The notes below the pieces were generated by a model. That model saw nothing but the letters and a program-made list of their open reading frames with translations. It did not search any database and had not been told where the DNA came from. Source: Proteobacteria bacterium UBA2363 (lineage in GTDB: Bacteria > Pseudomonadota > Gammaproteobacteria > Xanthomonadales > UBA2363). From it: a stretch of DNA of 64,000 bases. The position numbers and the translations under genes are program-made. Below are positions 36,359-44,943 of this stretch, piece by piece. Within the stretch, counting starts at the first letter, position 1. Each line of letters opens with the position of its first letter. The stretch is from contig DDTN01000045.1 in NCBI GenBank assembly GCA_002344355.1, forward strand, positions 31,530-95,529, written 5' to 3'.

Positions 36359-36766
36359 GTGGCTTCCAGACGCTTCGCGGCCTTCGTGCTGGTCAGCGGG
36401 CTCGCCGCACTCGTCAACCTGGGCGCGGGCATCGTGTTCCGGCAGGGGTTCTCCTTCACCCTCGCGGCGGTGCTGGCCTTCTTCTGCGGCCTGGCGACGG
36501 CGTTCGTCCTGAACCGCCTGGTCGTCTTTCCCGACAGCGACAGGCCGGTCGAGCAACAGGCCGCCTGGTTCGTGCTGGTCAACCTGGCCGGCCTCGCCCA
36601 GACCGTGCTCATCGGCCTGCTGCTGGCCCGCATCGTGCTGCCCTGGCTGGACTGGACCTGGCATCCCGACACCGTCGCCCACGCCGTCGGCATCGCCGTG
36701 CCGGTGGTCACCAGCTACCTGGGGCACAAGCACCTGAGTTTCCGGCGGGCGTCGTCCGGCGGGTGA
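36359..36766 (+). CDS. GtrA-family membrane protein (second copy)
   Basis: 135 aa, FAAFVLVSGLAALVNLGAGIVF...LNRLVVF, with four TM helices. GTG start. Confidence 0.8.
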   Translation: MASRRFAAFVLVSGLAALVNLGAGIVFRQGFSFTLAAVLAFFCGLATAFVLNRLVVFPDSDRPVEQQAAWFVLVNLAGLAQTVLIGLLLARIVLPWLDWTWHPDTVAHAVGIAVPVVTSYLGHKHLSFRRASSGG

Positions 36767-36983
36767 CGCCGTCATGGTTGGAGCTGGCGCCTGTCTGGAC
36801 GTTCGGTCGGCGATGCGGATGCCCTGGGCCGGCCCGCTGGGTGCGGGGACGAACCCGCCACGGGTATCCGCGGCCTCTGACTGGAGGCGCATGAGGCCGG
36901 CAGCCAAGGTCCGGGGCCGCTGGCCCGCCTGCCCCCGGCACCCGGAGGAAGGATGCCGAATCGACGCCCGGTGCGGGGTGGGC

Positions 36984-37763
36984 TCAAGCTCGGTCGTGCG
37001 CGGCCGACGGGGCCGGCGCCACCTGGTGGGCCGTCGCCGGCCATCGCCAAAGCATCCAGCCCCAGAACGGCACCGCGAGGACGAACACGAGCCAGGTGCC
37101 CGGCGCGGCGAACTCCCACAGCAGGTTCAGCCAGGCGTGCAGGGTGACCGCCACCACGAGGGCGCGCGCGCGGTCGGTCGCTTCCCCGATCAGCGCCGAC
37201 AAGGCGATGGTGAAGGGTACGTACCAGGCCAGGTAGATCCAGAGTTCCGCGCCCTCGCGATGCGCGAACAGGTTGGTGAAGTGCCATGCCACCCACATCA
37301 GGCCGATCAGCAGGTAACGCCCCGGCCGCGCCAGCGGGCGCAGCGCGTCCTGCAGGAATCCACGCCAGCCCAGCTCCTCGCCCAGGACGTTGACGAAGGC
37401 GACCGCCGCGATCACCAGCACCAGGGCGTGGACGCTGCCGCGGGAGCCGCCACCCGGGACGCCGACCAGGGCCAGCGCCAGCATCGGCAGGGCGTAGAAG
37501 GCCAGGGCGCGCCACCGGGCGCCGCCGGCCATCGACACCGTGCGGCGATGCCGCGCACGGAACAGGCGCAGGCAGACCAGGGCCGCCAGCCCGGGCCCCC
37601 ACATCAGCAGGGTGTACTTCAGGGGCTGCGGCAGCGGGAAGGCCGCGAAGCTGTCCGGATGCATGTCGCGCCACCAGAAGAGCGGCCACGACCACGCGCA
37701 GGCGAGCACGAAGAACACGACGATGGCGCGCCAGTCGATCGGGCGGTGCGGTTCGCAGGACAT
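36984..37763 (-). CDS. CPBP-family intramembrane glutamic endopeptidase (CAAX protease-like)
   Basis: Motif 1 GEELGWRGFL, motif 2 WVAWHFTN, a later HAWLN. Polytopic. Confidence 0.85.
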   Translation of the reverse strand: MSCEPHRPIDWRAIVVFFVLACAWSWPLFWWRDMHPDSFAAFPLPQPLKYTLLMWGPGLAALVCLRLFRARHRRTVSMAGGARWRALAFYALPMLALALVGVPGGGSRGSVHALVLVIAAVAFVNVLGEELGWRGFLQDALRPLARPGRYLLIGLMWVAWHFTNLFAHREGAELWIYLAWYVPFTIALSALIGEATDRARALVVAVTLHAWLNLLWEFAAPGTWLVFVLAVPFWGWMLWRWPATAHQVAPAPSAAHDRA

Positions 37764-38050
37764 GCAGGCAGACCCGGTGCTTGGGGCGCCCAGCCTCGCG
37801 CCGGCGGCGGCGTTCCACTAAGTGCCGATGGTCATCCCGGCGGTCCGCCGCAAGGCGGGCGCGGTGCGCGGCGGCAGACCTGCCGGTGGACGGCGGTGCG
37901 CCCGACAGCCGATCCGACCCCGTCGCTCCTGGACGCTGTTGTGCCGTGGACCCCGTCGGACGGATGCCACCTGCAGGCTGGGACCCGCGGAAGCAACCGA
38001 GGCGGGTGACCGACCACAGGGCCTGGAGCCAAGAACCGGATCCGGTCCGG

Positions 38051-38944
38051 TTACGCCGATCCTTCACCGGCTGACGGGTCGTGTGCAAAGAATCGTCGCC
38101 ACCTTCGTGCAGCCCTGCGCAGCGCCTCGCTTCCCGGTTCGTCGAGAGAGGCGGCCCCTTCCCCGGATGCGTCGCTGCGCCGTGCCAGGTCGAGGTCGGT
38201 GAGGGTGCCGAGGTCGTCCTGAAGGGCCTTAAGCCGCCGCGTCTGGCGGGCCAGCGGCAGGTCGGGCAGCAGCGGGGTGAAGAACTCGCTGAGGTAGCGC
38301 AGGGCCTTGAGGTCCTTGCGCAGGCGGTGGCGGGCGGCTTCGTCGAGGGCCGCCAGGTCCGGGCCGGCGCGGCGGGCACGCTGCCAGGCACGGTCCAGGG
38401 CATGGCGGGCCAGGTCGGCGGCCGGGCCCTTGCGGCGGCGCCGGGCCTTGCCGCCGCGCCGGCGCCACAGCGGGCCGGCGAACAGGTCGCGCACGCGGTC
38501 GCCGAAGGCCTGGGCGTGGCGGGCTGTCAGGGCCTGGCGGGTCCGGGTGCGGAGCGCGGGAAGGGGGTCGGGTTCACTTTCTGGTGTACCGCAACCGTCT
38601 TGCGCGATCGCTGCAGAAAGTGAACCTGACCCCCTTCCCATCCCCGCCAGCACGTCGGCGTCGCGCAGCGGCCCGATCAGCCGGAACAGGGCGCGCGCCT
38701 CCAGCTCGACCGGCAGCACCATGGCGCGGTCCAGGATCGGCCGGAACCCGCGCAGCGCGGTGCGCAGCCGGCGCAGCGCGACCCGGCTGCCGTGCGGGCC
38801 GCGCGGGTCGTCGCCGGCCATCAGACCGGCCAGGTGGCGCTCCCAGTCGCCCAGGCAGGCGTCGATGACTTGCCGCAGGGCCTCGCCGGCGTCAATGCCC
38901 GGGTCCAGCTCTGGGTGGGTGTGGCCGGTCGTGCGCGCTGACAT
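38051..38944 (-). CDS. CHAD-domain protein carrying an internal palindromic insert
   Basis: HGSRVALRRLRTALRGF... and HRLRKDLKALRYLSEFF match the CHAD helical repeats. Start at MSARTTGH (cat at 38942-38944). Confidence 0.8.
   Translation of the reverse strand: MSARTTGHTHPELDPGIDAGEALRQVIDACLGDWERHLAGLMAGDDPRGPHGSRVALRRLRTALRGFRPILDRAMVLPVELEARALFRLIGPLRDADVLAGMGRGSGSLSAAIAQDGCGTPESEPDPLPALRTRTRQALTARHAQAFGDRVRDLFAGPLWRRRGGKARRRRKGPAADLARHALDRAWQRARRAGPDLAALDEAARHRLRKDLKALRYLSEFFTPLLPDLPLARQTRRLKALQDDLGTLTDLDLARRSDASGEGAASLDEPGSEALRRAARRWRRFFAHDPSAGEGSA
38558..38639. mobile_element. 82-bp palindromic (MITE/REP-like) element inside the CHAD coding sequence
   Basis: 26-nt arms gggaagggggtcgggttcactttctg (38558-38583) and cagaaagtgaacctgacccccttccc (38614-38639) match at 25 of 26 positions as an inverted repeat. 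The spacer is 30 nt. Local G+C is lower than in the flanks. The reading frame stays open through it. Confidence 0.55.
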
Positions 38945-39074
38945 GCGACGATGATGCCGCGCCGGTCTTCGCTTCGTGTTACGACGGCATGACAGTCCGG
39001 TGGGCGTTGCGGGCGGCTTGTCGGGTCGGGACGGTACGGAACCCGTCCGCGCTGGACCGGGCCCTCTCCCCCGG

Positions 39075-39100
39075 CCCCTCCCCCGCAGGCGGGGGAGGGG
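39075..39100. repeat. REP-like perfect hairpin
   Basis: cccctcccccgc-ag-gcgggggagggg forms a 12-bp perfect stem. It lies in a ~500-bp non-coding stretch. Confidence 0.6.
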
Positions 39101-39343
39101 AGAAGTGGGGAGCCGCCGCAAGCAGCACAACCCGGCGCTTGGCGCTTCACCTCGTCCCCATCCGGCCGGCTCGCGCCGCGCCTGCACCGCCTCGGGAGCC
39201 GATCGCATGACCTGTCCGCACGGCGGACCCTCCCAGGTCCCGTCCCGAATCCCGGGCTGATGCGGCACATCGAACCGGCCTTCCACTTGGCCACGCATCG
39301 CAAGTTGCCGGCACCCCTGCTCCGGCCGACACTCCAAACTGCT

Positions 39344-39445
39344 CCCCGGTCCCGGTCCCGGTCCCGGATCCCGGATCCCGGATCCCGGATCCCGGATCCG
39401 CGATCCCGGATCCGCGAGTCTCGATCCCCGAGTCCCGAGTCCCGG
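39344..39445. repeat. Compound 6/7-bp microsatellite array
   Basis: Read directly: (GGTCCC)3 at 39348-39365 and (GGATCCC)4 at 39366-39393. Degenerate units GGATCCG/CGATCCC/CGAGTCT follow, then (CGAGTCC)2 at 39429-39442. The array ends 7 nt before the epimerase stop codon (39453-39455). Confidence 0.9.
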
Positions 39446-39452
39446 CTTCCCC

Positions 39453-40406
39453 TCACGTCCTCCGCAACACGATCCCGCTGTACCGCGGATCGCAGTAGCT
39501 CTCGCGCACCGCCTGCTCGAAGGGCGTCTGGCGGACGCCGAACACGGCCTCGGTGTCGACGCCGGTGAATCGGTCGCCGGCGCTGAGGGCGTCGAGCTGG
39601 GCGGCGGTGAACGGCGGGCGGCGGCTGAACAGGGCGTAGGTGCGCAGCAGCAGGCGGAACAGCGGGTAGGGGATCGGCACGATCAGGGTGCGCAGGCCCT
39701 TGACGCGCTTGATGGTGCGGATGATGTCGATGTAGTCGATGCCGGTGTCGCCGCAGATGTCGTAGGCGGCGCCGTCGGGCCGCATCTCGATGCAGCGCAC
39801 GATGCAGCGGCAGAAGTCGCGCTCGTACAGGGGCTGGCGCAGGTAGCGGCCGTCGCCGGGGATCGGGAACACCGGCGTGCGCGCCATGAAGCGCGACAGC
39901 CAGCCCAGGTGCTTGGGATCGAACCAGCCGAACATCAATGTCGGGCGCAGGACGCAGTGGCGCAGGCCGCTGGCCGCGACCAGGGCCTCCTGGGCCTTCT
40001 TGGTGCGGGTGTAGTCGTCGTCGGCCACCGAGTTCACCACCGACGAGCTGATGTGCACCAGGTAGGGCACGCCGGCCGCACGCGTCGCGGCCAGCACGTG
40101 GCGGGTGGCCTGCTCGTTGTTGCGCACGAACTCGTCCGGGTACTTGCCGGTGATCTGGGCGTGCAGCTGCACCACGCAGGCGGCGCCCCGGAAGTGCGCC
40201 TGCCAGTCGCCGGGTTCGGCGAGGTCGGCCAGAACGCAGGTCACCTCCGGGTGCAGGCGCTGCAGGATGGCGAGATTGTGGGCGTGCTTGTCGATCGCCA
40301 CCAGGCGCGTCCAGCCCTGGGCCTTGAGCTCGACCACCAGGTTCTGGCCGACCAGGCCGGCGGCGCCGGTCAGCACCAGCGGCGCGTGCTTGTCGATCGC
40401 CGCCAT
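39453..40406 (-). CDS. NAD-dependent epimerase/dehydratase-family protein
   Basis: 317 aa, Rossmann LVLTGAAGLVGQNLV and a YxxxK-type YTRTKKAQE. Start is cat at 40404-40406, 2 nt after the SDR gene stop. Confidence 0.88.
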   Translation of the reverse strand: MAAIDKHAPLVLTGAAGLVGQNLVVELKAQGWTRLVAIDKHAHNLAILQRLHPEVTCVLADLAEPGDWQAHFRGAACVVQLHAQITGKYPDEFVRNNEQATRHVLAATRAAGVPYLVHISSSVVNSVADDDYTRTKKAQEALVAASGLRHCVLRPTLMFGWFDPKHLGWLSRFMARTPVFPIPGDGRYLRQPLYERDFCRCIVRCIEMRPDGAAYDICGDTGIDYIDIIRTIKRVKGLRTLIVPIPYPLFRLLLRTYALFSRRPPFTAAQLDALSAGDRFTGVDTEAVFGVRQTPFEQAVRESYCDPRYSGIVLRRT

Positions 40407-40408
40407 GC

Positions 40409-41146
40409 TCAGAACTTCAGGCGCCGGAACACGAACTCGGGCAGCGCCTTGATGACCATCATCACCGGCCGCCAGAACCAGGGCAGGTAGACCACGGCGC
40501 GACGCCGCTCGACCGCGCGGACGATGCCGGCCGCCACTGCCTCCGGGCGCGCCCACAGCGCGCCCTTGGCGAAGGCGGCGGTCATCGGCGTGTCGACGAA
40601 ACCTGGCTTGACGGTCAGCACGTCGACGCCGGACCGGCCCAGGCGCTGGCGCAGGGCGCTGGCGTAGGCGCTGACCGCGGCCTTGGCGGCGCCGTAGATG
40701 GCGTTGCTGGCGCGGCCGCGGTCGCCGGCCACCGAGGAGATCACCGCCAGGGTGCCGTCGCCCTGCGCTTCGAGCAGGCCGGCCAGTCGGTGCATCAGGG
40801 CGATCGTGCTGCCGCCGTTGGTGGCGAAGTGCGCCATCGCCAGGGCGGCATCGCGGTCGCAGGCGGCGGCGTCGGGCAGGGTGCCGTGCGCCAGCAGGGC
40901 GACGTCGATGCCGCCCAGTGCCTGCCGTGCCGCCGCCAGCGCGGCCTCGTGGCCGGCCAGCTCGTCGACGTCGAGGGTGCCGGTGTCGACGGCGCCGGCG
41001 CCGCGCACGCGCAGGTCGTCGGCCAGCGCCGCCAGCCGGCCGGGGTCGCGGCCGATGAGGTACAGCGCCGCGCCGCGCGCCGCCCATTGCCGGGCACAGG
41101 CGGTGGCGATCGCCGAGTTGGCACCGATGATCAGGATCTTCTGCAT
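40409..41146 (-). CDS. Short-chain dehydrogenase/reductase (DprE2-like position)
   Basis: 245 aa, ILIIGANSAIATACA, SSVAGDRG...YGAAKAAV (catalytic Ser and YxxxK). 5-nt gap to the upstream gene. Confidence 0.88.
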   Translation of the reverse strand: MQKILIIGANSAIATACARQWAARGAALYLIGRDPGRLAALADDLRVRGAGAVDTGTLDVDELAGHEAALAAARQALGGIDVALLAHGTLPDAAACDRDAALAMAHFATNGGSTIALMHRLAGLLEAQGDGTLAVISSVAGDRGRASNAIYGAAKAAVSAYASALRQRLGRSGVDVLTVKPGFVDTPMTAAFAKGALWARPEAVAAGIVRAVERRRAVVYLPWFWRPVMMVIKALPEFVFRRLKF

Positions 41147-41151
41147 GGCTG

Positions 41152-42465
41152 TCAGTCCGCGAGGTCGGCCATCACCCGTCGCCAGAAGCTCGACGAGAAG
41201 GCCGGGTCGATGTGCCGGGAGAACGCCTCCCAGGCCGGGAAGAACCGCCGGAAATGGTCGCCGCGCATGCGCGCGTCCTTGGCCGGGTAGACCGCGCCGC
41301 CGGCCTCGGCGACCAGGTCGTCGAGTCGTGCCAGCAGGGCCAGGGTGGCCTGGCCGCGGAACGGGAAATCCAGCGCCAGGGTGGTGCCCGGGCGCGGGAA
41401 GCTGAGCAGGCCGGGCGAGGCCGGAGCGCCGAAGGTCTTCAGCACCGCCAGGAACGAGCCGGTGCCGCTGTCGGCGATGGCGTCCAGCAGGGCGGCGATC
41501 GCCGCGGGCGCCACCGACGGCGGCAGCACGCACTGGTGCTGCAGGAAGCCGCGCGGTCCGTACAGGCGGTTCCAGTGGCCGATGCCGTCCAGCGGATAGA
41601 AGAACGGCCGGTAGTGGACGATGCGGTGGCGGCGGCGCGGCAGGTGCCAATACAGGCGGTTGAAGGTCCGCAGGCCCGGCCCGCCCAGCAGCGGGAACGG
41701 CGGCGTGAACGGCACCGACAGGCGGCGGCGCGGCGGTGCCGGGCCGTCGGCCAGGCCGCAGGTGGCGTTGGCGCGGCTGAACACGCCGCGGCCGCGGCGG
41801 CCGCGCGGCGCCAGACAGTCGATCCAGGCCACCGCGTGTTCGTGGCTGGCCAGCGAGGCCTCGGCCAGGGCGAAGAACTCGGCCAGCTCGCCGAAGCGCA
41901 GCGTCTCCACCGCCAGCCAGGGGCTGGCGACGGCGGCGAGCTGCAGCTCGATCCAGGTGACCAGGCCGGTCAGGCCCAGGCCGCCGATCGTCGCCGCGAA
42001 CAGCTCGGCATGCTGCTGTGGCGTGCAGGTCAGGTGGCCGCCGTCGCTGCGGCACAGGCCGAAGGCGCGCACGTGGCGGCCCAGGGTGCCGGCGCGCGGA
42101 TGGTTCTTGCCGTGCACGTCGTTGGCCAGGGCGCCGCCGACCGTGGCGTACCGGGTGCCCGGCGTCACCGGCAGGAACCAGCCGGCCGGCACCGCCAGGC
42201 GCAGCACCTCGTCGAGCAGCACCCCGGCCTCGCAGCGCAACACGCCGGTGGCGCGGTCGAAGGCGATGAAGCGGTCGAGGCCGCGCGCCAGCAGCAGGCT
42301 GCCGCCCTCGAGCTGGCAGACATCGCCGTAGCTGCGGCCGTTGCCGTAGGCCAGCATCGGTGCCGGCAACGCCGGCAGGGCGGCGTCGCGGTCGTGCACG
42401 GCCGCGACCCGCGCCGGACGCAGGCGCGGCCAGCGGTTCCAGGCGCCGGTCGCGGAATCGCTCAC
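41152..42465 (-). CDS. FAD-binding PCMH-type oxidase (DprE1-like)
   Basis: 437 aa, AYGNGRSYGDV, TVGGALANDVHGKNH, and a C-terminal ...VYPAKDARM. GTG start at 42465, overlapping the upstream stop (GTGA). Confidence 0.85.
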   Translation of the reverse strand: MSDSATGAWNRWPRLRPARVAAVHDRDAALPALPAPMLAYGNGRSYGDVCQLEGGSLLLARGLDRFIAFDRATGVLRCEAGVLLDEVLRLAVPAGWFLPVTPGTRYATVGGALANDVHGKNHPRAGTLGRHVRAFGLCRSDGGHLTCTPQQHAELFAATIGGLGLTGLVTWIELQLAAVASPWLAVETLRFGELAEFFALAEASLASHEHAVAWIDCLAPRGRRGRGVFSRANATCGLADGPAPPRRRLSVPFTPPFPLLGGPGLRTFNRLYWHLPRRRHRIVHYRPFFYPLDGIGHWNRLYGPRGFLQHQCVLPPSVAPAAIAALLDAIADSGTGSFLAVLKTFGAPASPGLLSFPRPGTTLALDFPFRGQATLALLARLDDLVAEAGGAVYPAKDARMRGDHFRRFFPAWEAFSRHIDPAFSSSFWRRVMADLAD

Positions 42466-43925
42466 AGCGCCAGCACCACCACCGCCAGCCCGGCCAGCAG
42501 CACCGCCTGGCTGGTGCGGTCGCGCAGCGCGAACAGCATCGGGTCGTCGTGCATGCGGCCGCGGTGGGTGAGCAGCCAGACGCGGCCGATCCAGTACAGC
42601 AGCAGCGGGCACAGCAGCCACAGCGCCTTCGGCTGCGAGTACAGCTGCTCGCCGGTCGGGCTGTTCACGTACAGCGCCAGCACCATGACCGCGCCCAGCC
42701 CGCTGCCGATGCCCATGGCGCCCAGCATCGGCAGGTCGGAAACCCGGTAGCCGCGGCCGTCGGCGCCGTCGCGGCCGGCCCGCGCCATCACGCCCAGCTC
42801 GGTATGGCGCTTGACCAGGGCCAGGCTGAGGAACAGGAACATCGAGAAGGCCAGCAGCCAGAACGACAGCGCGACGCCCAGGGCGAAGGTGCCGGCGATG
42901 ATGCGGGCGGTGTAGAGCATAGCCAGCACCACCACGTCGACCATCTCGACGCGCTTGAGCGCGAAGGTGTAGGCCGCCGTCAGCAGCCAGTAGGCGGCCA
43001 GTGCCAGCACGAAGCGCGGCGGCAGGGCCAGGGCGGCAAGAACGAAGGCGGCGGCCAGCAGCAGCGGCACCAGGGCCAGGCCGGCCAGCAGGGGCAGCTC
43101 GCCGGCCGCGAACGGCCGCAGGCGCTTGCGCGGGTGGCCACGGTCGGCCGGCAGGTCGACCAGGTCGTTGAGCAGATAGACGCTGGACGCGCACAGGCCG
43201 AAGGCCAGGAAGGCCAGCAGCGCCTGGCGCACCGCGGCCGGCTCGAACAGCAGGTGGGCGGTCAGCAGGGGCACCAGCACCAGCAGGTTCTTGGCCCACT
43301 GGTGCAGGCGCAGCGCCCGGGCCCAGGTCAGCGGCGAGACGCGCGGACCGGGCAGCACGGTGTCGACGGCTGCGACGGTGGCGGCGGCGCGTTCCAGGCC
43401 GGCGCCGGCATTGACCACCACCGCGCGCCGGGCGTGGCGCCATACGGCCAGGTCGATCCTCGCGTTGCCGGCGTAGTCGAAGCCGCGCTCGCCATAACGC
43501 GCGACCAGGGCCTCGCCCTTGCGCGCGCCGGACAGGTTGCGGGATCCGTCGCTGGCCAGCACGTCGTCGAACAGGCCGGCATGGTCGGCGACCGCCCGGG
43601 CGATGCCGGCATCGGCGGCGGTGCACAGGACGATCTCGCGCCGGCCCTGCTGGCCGCGCAGCCAGTCCAGGAACGGCCGGTTCCAGGCGAGTCGCTCCGG
43701 GTCGGGCAGCACCCGCCGGGCCAGCTCGCGCTTGAACGCCGCCTTGCCGCGCAGCAGCCACAGCGGCATCGCCAGCAGCAGGAAGGGATTGCGGCGCAGC
43801 GCCGCGAGCAGCGACTCGTGCAGGGTGTCGCCCAGCACCAGGGTGCCGTCGAGGTCGACCGCCAGCGGCACCGCCGCGGCGTCGGCGACCGCCTCCAGGG
43901 TGCCGGCGGGCGACGGCGTGGTCAC
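42462..43925 (-). CDS. HAD-like hydrolase domain fused to UbiA-family polyprenyl-phosphate (phosphoribosyl)transferase
   Basis: N-terminal HAD motif I AVDLDGTLV. C-terminal polytopic UbiA body with NDLVDLPADRGHPRKRLRPFAAG. GTG start at 43925, and no obvious SD. Confidence 0.85.
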   Translation of the reverse strand: MTTPSPAGTLEAVADAAAVPLAVDLDGTLVLGDTLHESLLAALRRNPFLLLAMPLWLLRGKAAFKRELARRVLPDPERLAWNRPFLDWLRGQQGRREIVLCTAADAGIARAVADHAGLFDDVLASDGSRNLSGARKGEALVARYGERGFDYAGNARIDLAVWRHARRAVVVNAGAGLERAAATVAAVDTVLPGPRVSPLTWARALRLHQWAKNLLVLVPLLTAHLLFEPAAVRQALLAFLAFGLCASSVYLLNDLVDLPADRGHPRKRLRPFAAGELPLLAGLALVPLLLAAAFVLAALALPPRFVLALAAYWLLTAAYTFALKRVEMVDVVVLAMLYTARIIAGTFALGVALSFWLLAFSMFLFLSLALVKRHTELGVMARAGRDGADGRGYRVSDLPMLGAMGIGSGLGAVMVLALYVNSPTGEQLYSQPKALWLLCPLLLYWIGRVWLLTHRGRMHDDPMLFALRDRTSQAVLLAGLAVVVLAL

Positions 43926-43940
43926 GCGCGGGCGCGGGCC

Positions 43941-44885
<945 letters not shown>

Positions 44886-44943
44886 GTCGGGGTGTCCTTG
44901 CGGCCCGGCGCCGGGCGCCGGGCGGGATGGGGCAGCGGGAAGA

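Noticed and set aside
39366-39414. Clustered BamHI (GGATCC) sites as a possible cloning or vector artefact
   Set aside because: The sites arise naturally from the GGATCCC repeat unit. The flanks are continuous with native genes, and a related array exists at 21.3 kb.
39344-39445. CRISPR array or coding repeat (track ORFs translate it as SGIRDPGSGIRD...). The same question applies to 21279-21316 and 21546-21569.
   Set aside because: Units are 6-7 bp with no spacers, far too short for CRISPR repeats. ORFs across them are short and low-complexity. They are called microsatellites instead.
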